From: Nemertoderma westbladi
Taxonomy: Eukaryota; Animalia; Xenacoelomorpha
Assembly (NCBI GenBank): GCA_032718475.1
Contig: JAUCBJ010009058.1
Location: 62,001 to 126,000 of the forward strand
DNA: 64,000 bases
Direction of reading: 5' to 3'
Under the pieces are notes generated by a model that was not told where the DNA came from, did not search any database, and saw nothing but the letters and a program-made list of their open reading frames with translations. The position numbers and the translations under genes were made by a program. Below, one piece after another: positions 12,495-22,737 of the stretch (positions are counted from its first letter, which is position 1; each line of letters begins with the position of its first letter).

Positions 12495-13331
12495 ATTCTA
12501 CGTAAGACTACCAAGTAATTCCTGTCCAATTGATTTTCCCCGCAATAGTGCTAGTAATTATCAGATAAATTTCCATGGCGCCTTACCTATAAACCCAAAC
12601 GAAAACTGGGTGGTAGGTATAAAAAGTATATTTTACTTAGCTACGTTGCCGTCCATGTATAACAATGTAGAGAATGTTTTTATTAAAAAAAGGAAAAAAA
12701 AATTTTGAGGATACACTTCCATCCGGTTTGTTCTACAGTATCAATGACATTATAGATTATTTTAACACGGGGGCGTTGAAAGATAAATTACAAATAGTTG
12801 AAAATACTCAGCAAAATAGGTTGCAATTTATTTTAGGGAAAACTGTGCGCGAGTTATTTATAGGTCAACAATTAGCCTATTATTTTGGAATTACTGAAAA
12901 TAATCTCGGCGCGAATTTAAATCCAAATTTTAAAATTATTTTGAAGACGAAAAATAATATAAAGGGTTATTTAATAAAGGTTATCGGAAATGGAGAAAAA
13001 GCTTACCAGATGGTATTTTTATGCCCTCAACCACCCAATTCTATTCCAGAACCTAAGTCGAACATGTACGTGACTACTAATATAATTGAAAATCAATATA
13101 TTAACGATTTTGGTTTAGCTTTACTTCGTCGTGTTGCGATACCTGATGATGTGAAATATGGTAGCGTAATAAATAAAGAATTTGTCAAGGATACAATTCA
13201 TTATATCCCTGTAAAAAAAATCATATAAGATAACATACATTCATATTGAAATAACAGACAAAGAAGGAAAAGATTTGAATTTTGAATACGGGACAACATC
13301 TATTACATTACACTTTAAACGTATAAATTAA
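12487..13331 (+). pseudogene. Minor capsid protein (penton) paralogue 2 with two frameshifts in A-runs (about 12690 and 13215)
   Basis: FYVRLPSNS...FP.NSASNY at the start, MYVTTNIIENQ...LLRRV centrally. Correcting the second A-run gives IHIEITDKEGKDLNFEYGTTSITLHFKRIN* ending at 13331. Confidence 0.82.
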
Positions 13332-13332
13332 A

Positions 13333-13896
13333 ATGGATTCTGATTTATTTCAAAGATACAGTAAACCTCAATATGGTGGTTCAGACTCTAATCTTGCTGT
13401 TTTTAAAGGTGGTAGAAGTACCAGAGGTTCGACGCAAGTTCCTGTTTTTCGAGGTGGTTCATATATTTACCCTTACGGTCAACAAATTGACACATTTGGT
13501 CCAAACTTAAAACAACGTCGTTTTCAGCGTTATCGTAGAGGTATGCGGGCAAATCAACACGGAGAAGGTATATTTACAGACGCTTTATCGACATTGAAAA
13601 AATTTGGTAAGCCATTAGCTAAAAAAGTTTTACAGAAAGCTTTACCATTTACCACAAAATTTATGAGACAACACGTAATACCAAAAGGTAAGCGGGTCTT
13701 ACATCAGCAGGCTAATACGGTTATTAATAAAGCATTAAATAAAATGAAACCGTCAACAAGGTCAGTTGTAGAAAAAGTTTATAGAGATTTAAAGCGACCC
13801 GCTAGACCAATGTCTATGAACATACATCATGGACGTAGTAATAAAAATAAAAAAATAAAGGGCAAACTGAAACACTGTGAAAAAAGTATTTTTTAA
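13333..13896 (+). CDS. Basic core/cement protein precursor with Gly-Gly cleavage-type motifs
   Basis: QYGG, VFKGG, VFRGG and QHGEG-IF motifs followed by an amphipathic K/R-rich region; lies immediately upstream of the major capsid gene. Confidence 0.75.
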   Translation: MDSDLFQRYSKPQYGGSDSNLAVFKGGRSTRGSTQVPVFRGGSYIYPYGQQIDTFGPNLKQRRFQRYRRGMRANQHGEGIFTDALSTLKKFGKPLAKKVLQKALPFTTKFMRQHVIPKGKRVLHQQANTVINKALNKMKPSTRSVVEKVYRDLKRPARPMSMNIHHGRSNKNKKIKGKLKHCEKSIF

Positions 13897-13898
13897 TA

Positions 13899-15158
13899 AT
13901 GTCAATTATTAAGGAATTAGATTTATTTTCTACACAGCCAATACAGACTGAATTTAAAGCAAAGCATTATGAAACAATTTACCCCGTATCTAATCTCAGA
14001 AGTGAATCTAGGGAGGTCACGTTCCTTGTACCGAGATCCAATGAATTCTATACGAAACTGCAAGACGCGTTATTAATTACAAAATGTACTGTACGCTGGG
14101 ATAGACGACTTGAAAACTCCCATATTTATATGCTGAATTACCCCGCTGAAACTATGTGGAGTGATATTAAAATAGACCTTAATGAGAAGCAGGTTGAAAA
14201 TAGCAATAACCATTATTTCTACAAGTCGTACTTATCCAATTTATTATTTACAACTTACGAGGATAAAAATGGGCTACTGGGTGCGGGTGGCTTTCATCAA
14301 CCTTTATCTGAACACGGAAATGAAATTGATCCCGGCGCGCATCCTATTGCCGATGCCTTTAGTAAACAAATGCAATTTGTAAGTGGATTGACAATTGATT
14401 TTGATACTGAAACTAAAATAATACAACCCGGGTATGATTTAAGAATGCATTTTAGAAAAGTATCAAATTCGTTTATTTTTAAAATCACTCCAAATGCAAA
14501 CGCTGTGACAAATCTTCGGTTAGAATTAGATGAAATAAAGATTCTAATCCCTAGAATGGAGGTTAATCCAGTAATAGAAAGCAGTCACCTAAAAGGTTTA
14601 GAGAGTTACGATATTGAATATCAATTCCAAAAAAAGGAGGTGACAACATTTACTATTCCCGCACAAACCACAAATTACACCCAAACAAACATATTTGATG
14701 GTAAAAAACCCAAATTAGTTATTATTGGCTTCATAACAAATAACGCTTACTCGGGAGAATTAATTAGCAATCCCTTGAAATTTGAACATTTTAACCTTAG
14801 ACGCGCGGAACTGATTGTAGACAGTCTTCCAGTAGGGGGTGTAATATACGAGCCTAATTTTACAGATGGAACATATATTTTTGAGTATACTCAATTAATG
14901 AAGAACATTAATACATATATTAACGGTTATGGAGGTAATAATATAGACCATGAAACCTACTTAGGTAATTGTCCCATCTTATCCTGGGACCTAACCGCCG
15001 ACGGCTATGTTAGAGATCCGCAACCGTCGATATATACTAACGGCCAATTAAAATTAAGATTTGCCGAACCGTTGGTTGAAACCATAAATGTAATCATTTT
15101 TAATATTTATGATCAATCATTAAGTTTAAATAGCAGGAAAGAAATACATATCGATTAA
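13899..15158 (+). CDS. Major capsid protein (double jelly-roll, hexon-like), intact
   Basis: ELDLFSTQPIQT N terminus and IF.GKKPK.VIIGF..N.AYSG...NP.KF.HFNL motifs typical of Polinton capsids; 419 aa. Confidence 0.92.
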   Translation: MSIIKELDLFSTQPIQTEFKAKHYETIYPVSNLRSESREVTFLVPRSNEFYTKLQDALLITKCTVRWDRRLENSHIYMLNYPAETMWSDIKIDLNEKQVENSNNHYFYKSYLSNLLFTTYEDKNGLLGAGGFHQPLSEHGNEIDPGAHPIADAFSKQMQFVSGLTIDFDTETKIIQPGYDLRMHFRKVSNSFIFKITPNANAVTNLRLELDEIKILIPRMEVNPVIESSHLKGLESYDIEYQFQKKEVTTFTIPAQTTNYTQTNIFDGKKPKLVIIGFITNNAYSGELISNPLKFEHFNLRRAELIVDSLPVGGVIYEPNFTDGTYIFEYTQLMKNINTYINGYGGNNIDHETYLGNCPILSWDLTADGYVRDPQPSIYTNGQLKLRFAEPLVETINVIIFNIYDQSLSLNSRKEIHID

Positions 15159-15160
15159 GT

Positions 15161-15613
15161 ATGTTATCTACAGAGGACCTTGATATGTTTCCAGTGGGTG
15201 GTCACTATTTGGGCGCGTTTCCAGCTAATAAATTACCTAAATTAGATAATAATAAGCGGCAGGATTATGGCTTGATAGTAAATACCGATAAAGAGCATCT
15301 GCCTGGGATTCATTGGATCGCGATATATATACGAGATAATGAGGCCGAAGTATTTGACTCGTTTGGACCAAAATATCCAAACAGATGCATCGAAAAATGG
15401 CTTGAGAAATATTCCGCAAGGTGGCGTACTACTCGCAAACAATTTCAAGACCCAAGGAGGACCACATGCGGTCTGTACTGTCTGTATTATTTGGTAAATC
15501 GTATTCACACAATCTATCCAATGAGAGCGTTTACAAATAATGTGGAAATAAATGAAATAATATTATATAAATGGCTTGTTAATTATTATAAAATAAACCA
15601 ACATGCGTTGTAA
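15161..15613 (+). CDS. Adenain-like cysteine protease (virion maturation)
   Basis: NTD...PGIHWIA (His), FDSFG (Asp), Q.....TCGLYCLYYL (Gln/Cys). Confidence 0.94.
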   Translation: MLSTEDLDMFPVGGHYLGAFPANKLPKLDNNKRQDYGLIVNTDKEHLPGIHWIAIYIRDNEAEVFDSFGPKYPNRCIEKWLEKYSARWRTTRKQFQDPRRTTCGLYCLYYLVNRIHTIYPMRAFTNNVEINEIILYKWLVNYYKINQHAL

Positions 15614-15648
15614 TTAATCATTTAGCTTGCTTTTGTTTATCAGATAAA

Positions 15649-16251
15649 ATGGATAATATTATTTTTGTTGATTTTCAATATTATAAGATAGACAATAAGG
15701 AGTATCCGGTAGTATTTAAAGAATTTGCAATATACGATTCTAATTACACCAAAACTAATGTAAAGACGTTTTTAATTAAAGGCCCGTCTAATATTAAGTT
15801 ATCAGCTTTAGATGCAGCTCACGTAAACAATTTACGGGATATGACTTCTCACTTGCCCTGGGACTACGGGGACATTTCTCAAGATGACTTTAAAAAATAT
15901 ATGAAGAGACATTTAAAATATAAAAAAAATATTCATGTATTTGGGTTGCTGAAGCGGGCAATATTAGTTTCCCAACTCGATGTTCTCGAGCCAAATTCGG
16001 TGGAGAAATTGGGAATATATAAACAATATCACGATTATTTAACGCCTTGTCGATTTCACGACCGATTCACTACAGTAGAAAGTAAATGCGCGTTCCACTT
16101 AAACATAAGGGATAACTGTCTGCGATACTGCTCAGCAAAACGCGTTGGGGGGTATGAGGCGCTACACTTTTTCATGAGAAAGCGTTTAACTGCGACTGAT
16201 GATGATGATGATAAACAGAAAGAAATAACTGCGGTGGAAGATGTACTGTAG
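15649..16251 (+). CDS. Putative DnaQ/DEDD-like exonuclease-fold protein
   Basis: N-terminal IFVDFQ...KEFAI, central LPWDYGDI and VFGLLK, C-terminal C..H...C cluster; resembles an accessory nuclease-like ORF of invertebrate Polintons. Confidence 0.55.
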   Translation: MDNIIFVDFQYYKIDNKEYPVVFKEFAIYDSNYTKTNVKTFLIKGPSNIKLSALDAAHVNNLRDMTSHLPWDYGDISQDDFKKYMKRHLKYKKNIHVFGLLKRAILVSQLDVLEPNSVEKLGIYKQYHDYLTPCRFHDRFTTVESKCAFHLNIRDNCLRYCSAKRVGGYEALHFFMRKRLTATDDDDDKQKEITAVEDVL

Positions 16252-16373
16252 GTTTACTCTAAGCATGTAATGTGATGGGATAATATAATTGTTTTAATGT
16301 CAATAAAAATAATAAAAACATTAAAATCTATTTTTTATATCTCAGTTTGACTAAAGGTGTAGGGCTTAAGTTT

Positions 16374-16393
16374 ACACACACACACACACACAC

Positions 16394-16472
<79 letters not shown>
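16374..16472. repeat. (CA)n microsatellite inside the Polinton
   Basis: About 49 CA units with one interruption. Confidence 0.97.
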
Positions 16473-16474
<2 letters not shown>

Positions 16475-17365
16475 GCACCTACCGGTAGCCGGCGGTTGTA
16501 TCAGAGTTTAACTACCAGTAGCTAGCTGATTTTACTACATATGCCAACAACGCTAAACTGTAGAACGGCAGAATGGCCCCCGACAGCAACCACAGAGCTT
16601 TAGCATTACCGGTACCGTACTTACTAATAATAAAATTAAATTAAGTCGACATGCGGGTTCGTGAATACAGCATTAGAGGAGGCCCACCTAACAATAGGCC
16701 TACTGGTACCAGCACGGTAGCACTCTTGTACCTGTATACTTGGATAGCGCAAGAGCATGCTGGTTTCTTTGATTTAAGGATTAGGCTATTACACTTGAAT
16801 GCTTCCAATTTTCTGTTTACAACTTTAATTGGTCTAATCTACATTACTGCGTGCTACTGTTGCATAGGTAAGCCTATACAGCTATAGTTAACTTTATGCG
16901 GGGCCCTTTTTCGCATGTTGACCCAATATGGTTTACGGATAGGTAAGGTACACCTTCATTTGGTTAGGCATATAGGCCTAATGACTACTCCTCAACTGAA
17001 AGCTGACTACCTCACAGACACAATAGGTGTAGTTAGGTACCGGTAGCGCTATTGGACCTATAAAATCCCCTCGCACTCTGTTACTCTAGCTGATACAATA
17101 GGTGTGGTTTGAGGTATAACTATATAAAATCCACCACATTCTCTGGTTATTAACATTCACTCTATGTTAACGATCCTATATAAAACATAGTTAGTTAGTT
17201 TATTTTATTTATTTATGCGTCCGCTTTTTAAGTTAAATTACATATAATATAGACATACACAGACCGGTAACATTTAGGTCTACTTTACAGCTTTATAAAT
17301 GCAGAAATGAGTATGAGTGTACGGGTGTACAGGTGTAGGCCTACTAGTTAGATAGCAGTATCCAT

Positions 17366-17770
17366 CTATGAAAAATGTTGATGATTACCTGTAGGCCTAT
17401 TACAGGTAGGCGTTGCTAGTTTAATTTCTTTCCAAATAGTCTCCATCGGTTCTGTTATAGTTGTAGCGGTCTCTGTTTCCCAATTCTCTTGTAGTGGTAT
17501 TAATTCGTTTTGATTACCGGTACTAACTTCTTCTTCTTCTTCCGTTCCTGGATTTATTCTTATGTTCAAAGTAAAGTTTTTTGTTGTTTCTAACTTTGTA
17601 ACACCGTGTTCGTGATTGATGATATTGGTAAATCCGATTTCAAATTTTTTATTAATGTATCTGATTTCCAAATCGGATACGTTTGAGGATGACACAAAAG
17701 TATCCTCACTCTCAAAATCGAACTTTATGCTGCTTTTCAACGACCGGTTGTTGATATAGGCGAAAGTCAT
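17366..17770 (-). CDS. Polinton hypothetical protein (134 aa) with an acidic/Thr-rich tail
   Basis: ATG-initiated open frame with TATATATAAA about 25 nt upstream on the minus strand; no family recognised. Confidence 0.6.
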   Translation of the reverse strand: MTFAYINNRSLKSSIKFDFESEDTFVSSSNVSDLEIRYINKKFEIGFTNIINHEHGVTKLETTKNFTLNIRINPGTEEEEEVSTGNQNELIPLQENWETETATTITEPMETIWKEIKLATPTCNRPTGNHQHFS

Positions 17771-18458
17771 CTTCTTGCTGTCTCAGGTTAGTTTATATAT
17801 ATAGTCAACTAAGGGTAACAGAACGGGTGGATACAGTATACCGGTATTTGTTTTTTTTTTTTATTTTGGTTAACAAAATTATAGTTCACTGTTAGAAAAA
17901 TTGAGTTTATATATATTTTTGTAGAGGGTCGCAGATGTGTACATTACAAAATTCACATAGTTAACAAAATGCAGAACATAAACCTTTCCCATGAGGATTG
18001 GCGATATATGCTCTGTTCATTGTTCTATTCTGAATGTAGGGAGATGCATAGCGGATGTTTTAATGATATGTACCGGTATACAGAGTAGTAACAGATAGGA
18101 TGGCATCGTCTTTGACTATGAATACCAGCACATATCCCTAATCTTTTCTCACCGAGCTTAGCGTTGCCTGCTGTACACTCGCACACTCATAAGTAACAGA
18201 TGCGCTATTGTGGCTCACTCGTGAGCAACAATGCCAAGTTAGCTAGCTAGCTAGCCGAGGCTGCTGAGTATACTATGCCTACTTGAGTGTTACAAGAAAC
18301 AATCGCTCTACTGAAGTTAATTTCCCCCTCAAACTAGTTATTGATTTTAAAAAAATATTCATAAATTTCTTCTCCCTTCAATTTAATATATATATTTTAC
18401 AGTAAAAATCTCCACCACCAAACAGCAACAACAACAATAAATTTCACTCGTACCGGTA

Positions 18459-19040
18459 CTAATTATATTTTACATCAAAAACCCCCACACCAAACAATAA
18501 TAAATTATTAACCAGCTTGTTGAAAATAGGATAATATATATGAAATTTAAACGGGGAACACATTAATGTACATTTACCAGTGTAGAAACAGCAAACAACA
18601 ACAATATTATTTATTCTGACTTTACAGTTATTGAATATTTCAGGGTCGTATGAAATTTCTAGTTTAACATTATCAAATATAACATAAAACCCGATATTAT
18701 TTATAAGTAACCTATAAATTACAGTATCGATACTAAAAATATAAGTACACAAATTGATTGATTTAAAAATCAAATTAATGTTTGTTTTTTCTAATATATG
18801 TTTTTTCACTTTATTAAAATTATATTTTCCACCGAGAATTGTTATTCGTCCATTTGTAAACATTAATATGGTTGCACCAAATACCTTATATATAAACTGA
18901 TTAGGTTTGAGTACAATTTTACCATTCAATTGCTTTTTTAATTCTTTCAAATTAAGTCCATAAATAATCTGCTTACAACTTATATTTTTATTTACTATTT
19001 GATAATTCATCATCAACACCGTCGTCTTTTGGTTCTTCAT
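18459..19040 (-). CDS. TATA-binding-protein (TBP)-like protein; likely start near 19013 (MMNYQIVN)
   Basis: Two-repeat TBP core: ATILMFTNGRITILGGK resembles TTALIFSSGKMVCTGAK, SYDPEIF resembles SYEPELF, and VVCCFYTGKCTLM resembles VLLIFVSGKVVLT. Length of about 185 aa equals a TBP core. Confidence 0.78.
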   Translation of the reverse strand: MKNQKTTVLMMNYQIVNKNISCKQIIYGLNLKELKKQLNGKIVLKPNQFIYKVFGATILMFTNGRITILGGKYNFNKVKKHILEKTNINLIFKSINLCTYIFSIDTVIYRLLINNIGFYVIFDNVKLEISYDPEIFNNCKVRINNIVVVCCFYTGKCTLMCSPFKFHIYYPIFNKLVNNLLLFGVGVFDVKYN

Positions 19041-22000
19041 AAATTGGTATATTTGATATTTTTATAGGTTTTTTGAGGTTTGTTTTATAGTGCCCCCAAG
19101 GAAGCGATTGATTTTTATTAAGCCAATAAAGTTTATCATCAAAGCTACTGAGTGCAAATTTATTTTGCTTTAAGGTATAAATACGATGTAATTTAGATTG
19201 AAATCTGTGTATGTTTTTTTTTATTTCTTCATTTGAGTTATATGCTTTTAAATATTCTTCATGTGTAATATTCGTTTCCACAACAGCTCTTGTAATACCT
19301 TTTGCTCTACGAATATTTTTATTATTCCATTCCAAAATTGAATATAATTTTGGTCTTAAAAATACTGCTTGTTTAATTTCACGTGAGGCTAGTTCGTCTT
19401 TACAGTAATAGAGTCTGGATTTATTTTTATCGCTGTAGAGCGGGTGATCCTTAGGGTAATTGGATGTATCTAAAATATTATTTTTAATTAATGCTTTTAA
19501 AAAATTATTCTGCGATGTATTATAGTAACAACCTATCAAAGAGTCAGTGTCTGATGCAGCAATTTCAATACGGCAGTTTAATTCTTTCTCAATAGGTAGC
19601 AATTTATTGTAATACAGATCATACATATCCAATTTAGCTAAATAGCCAAATATTTAGCCTACTTAAATGCTCGGGGGCTAACGGTAATTGTAATGTTTGA
19701 TCGTGAATAGCCTTGGGATAATTTAAATCACATATTAAAAAATATCCAGTAGATCCCTCAATGTCTAAATCTACCAAGTACTCGATTAGTTTTTCTGGTA
19801 TTGCATTCTCTAAATGTTTAATACTTACTTCTTTGAATTGTGAGGTGGGTAGTTTTTTACTTAAATTCCCAGAATATAAAGAGTTGAAATCAATATTAAA
19901 AATATGGCATTCTTCCTTAGTAGAATCATATGTACTTGTACCTGGTATATTTGATTCTATATAATGTTTTCGACAAAATGAAACACCACCCCTAATTGAT
20001 TTTTCAAAATCTCTATATGTCTGATAATCCTTTATTAATTCTATTTTACATTTATTATATTTTAGCGCGCAATCATAGGTAAATGACGCGATACTACAGT
20101 AAAAAACCGCTTCTAAATCGTAATTTTGTTTACAAACATTCCTAAAATTCTCAAATATATCGGCAAGCAAACAAACATCAAGTTTTAAATAGGCTAAAAG
20201 ATAATCTTTGAGATTCACACAGTCGAATTATACCCATGATATTCCCGCAAACCTATAATCTTCAATTGTGCATGTTTTTTGACTTAAGTTACTAAAAAAA
20301 TTATTTATAGACGGCAAACCAGTATCATTAAATTTATTTATATCTGTCAAGTACTCGTATGGAAATACTCCTTTCCGTTTAATCGTTGAGTTATTCAAGT
20401 TTGGATAAAAATATTTCATTTCTTGTAGAGTAATAGGTAAAATTGAGCTTATATCATGACTGGCTACATCCTTTGTTGAACACTCAACTAAATTACTTAA
20501 AGAAAAGCTTAAAAATTGATATGTGTCTAAGAAACGTAACTCAATTTTCTTAGAAGTGTTTTTAATTGGGATAAAGGCACTCAGTGAAATATATCGTTCT
20601 GTATTTCTCGGTATAACCTTTATATCCCAATCTGTGTATTTCTTATCTCTAAATCCGCTTTGTAATATACAATGTATATCGTAATTGTTGGAATTGTGCC
20701 CGCAAAGTACATACAGGTATCGTTTCAATGATAAACTTCGGTTACAACTATTACAGGCTACCGCAATATATTTACCTGTAATATGTGAATGGTGTCTGTT
20801 TTTCCCAACATTATTATTAAAGTAACATTACAATAAAAACAAAATTTTGCTTGTTCAAAATTTACAAAATCAATATTAGTAAATGACATAGTTTTATGAG
20901 TGTATATTTCTGACCAACAACATAATTCAGTTAAATCAGTATATAATGAATCTAAGAAATCTTGAATACAATTATTATTATTTGACTTTACGAATGTTTT
21001 CAAATGACATTTTGGAGCATCAATTAATTCAGTATTGGGAACAATTAAATAACTCACAGCACACGGTATATGCTCCTGTATAATTTGATTATTAACTGAC
21101 GGTTGTAAGATACATTCTATATCAAAGTAGGTGACAAACAATGGGGATAAGGTTCTATCTAAATTTGTAAAACTAATGTGTGTTCTTTTTTTATTAGGTA
21201 GTTTCTCGCGCTGACTTCTTCCTTGGTAGCAGGCGAGACGGTGTCGATGAAGAACTTCCGCTCGAAAAAAATGAGCCAAACACCTTTCGCAATATTTCCT
21301 ATTCCTGATATGAAGTGCTCTCGTATTCAGCAATCGATTCAAGTTAGTTATGCAAACATAATGATTCAGTTTAGGTACATTGTTATTTTTTACTACAAGT
21401 AATATATTTAATAACTGTTTATCAGGTGTAATTTTACTAAACGGAGGTTGTCTTAATATAGATACTGGGGTGCGTTTGTTGTCGTTATTCCAACATAATA
21501 AATTAATTATATATTTTGAATTTTGTTTTTCAAAAAGTTTAATTGCTAACTGCCACTCTGTTGGATAATCTTTGTTCCCGTTGTCAAAAATGAAATGAGT
21601 CATATAATTTTTGTACGATGAAGTACACTGTTTGTTGTTTTTCACTTTGCTACTAAATTTTGCAGATATAATTGCCCATTTAAAACAGTCATTATCTACC
21701 GTTTGTATATTTATTGTACAATTTTTACCTGATAGAAGAGCCTTAGGTAATTCCATATACCCATGCCCCTTATATAGTAACGACCTACACTTAGATTCAG
21801 CTAATTTAATTTCAACCCTTAATAAAGATTTAATACGCCACCCAGAACCACGTGTGTTAAAGATGGCTATTTTTTGTAATATATTCCCCAACACATACTC
21901 AAACCATGTGTCAAAACTTTGCGGCGAATCTACAGTATTAATAGCACCACCGGAAGAATTAAAATAAAAGGTTTCCAATTGCTCACCTTCTGAAAAATGT

Positions 22001-22551
22001 GACCTGTACATTAATACATTTAGACCTAACCACAGTCTAAGAACATTCATTTCTTTCAATCTATCTAATATTAACTGAAGAATATTACCTCGAATTTGCA
22101 TTACTGCTGTTTCTACATCGGGATAATCTCTAGAAGTTGGGAGGTCGTGGACATAAATTTCAAGACGATTATCGTGAGCTTCTTGTTCCCGCGTAAAAAT
22201 TGTTGCGCATGTACCAAGAGCCACCCTTAAGTTTTTTCTAGATAATATATTTTTATGTTGCGGAAATTTACGCTTTCTTGTGTAGTAACATTTCAAGTGA
22301 CAATCGTGTCGTAAATAATTGTCATATGTATACTCTTTATTACAGGTAGAACAAGTCAATTGATAGGTGCGGAACTCCATTTCTTTACAACCAGTAGTCG
22401 ATTCATGTCGTTTATAAATTTCGCTGCATGAAGTCACGACATGACACTTTAAACAAGAATAACTTTCAAAATGTGACCGTAGGTGGCGTAAATAATTATG
22501 TCTAGTTACATTCATATGACAGAATGAACAACATATTGTTATTTTATCCAT
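18988..22551 (-). pseudogene. Protein-primed family B DNA polymerase (pPolB), disrupted
   Basis: N-terminal Zn fingers, GSGW, INIQTVDNDCFKWAI, exonuclease motifs YFDIE, HNSNNYD and YLKLDV, then IRGG, motif A DFNSLY and motif C DTDS. Lesions: frameshift near 20820, in-frame TAA at 20228-20230, and a deletion near 19650 that removes motif B. Confidence 0.95.
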
Positions 22552-22737
22552 GTTGAAGTTTGTTTAGATAAATAATAATAATAATAATAAAATATCTCCA
22601 AAGATTAAAATAAAATGAAATGATATGATATTGACTACATCTAAACATTTATATGCTAGCGAGGGAAATAATTTTAAACCAATCACCAATCGCTTATGAC
22701 TATTGGAAACCGCAAAGAGTTTAACTTATGATTAGGC

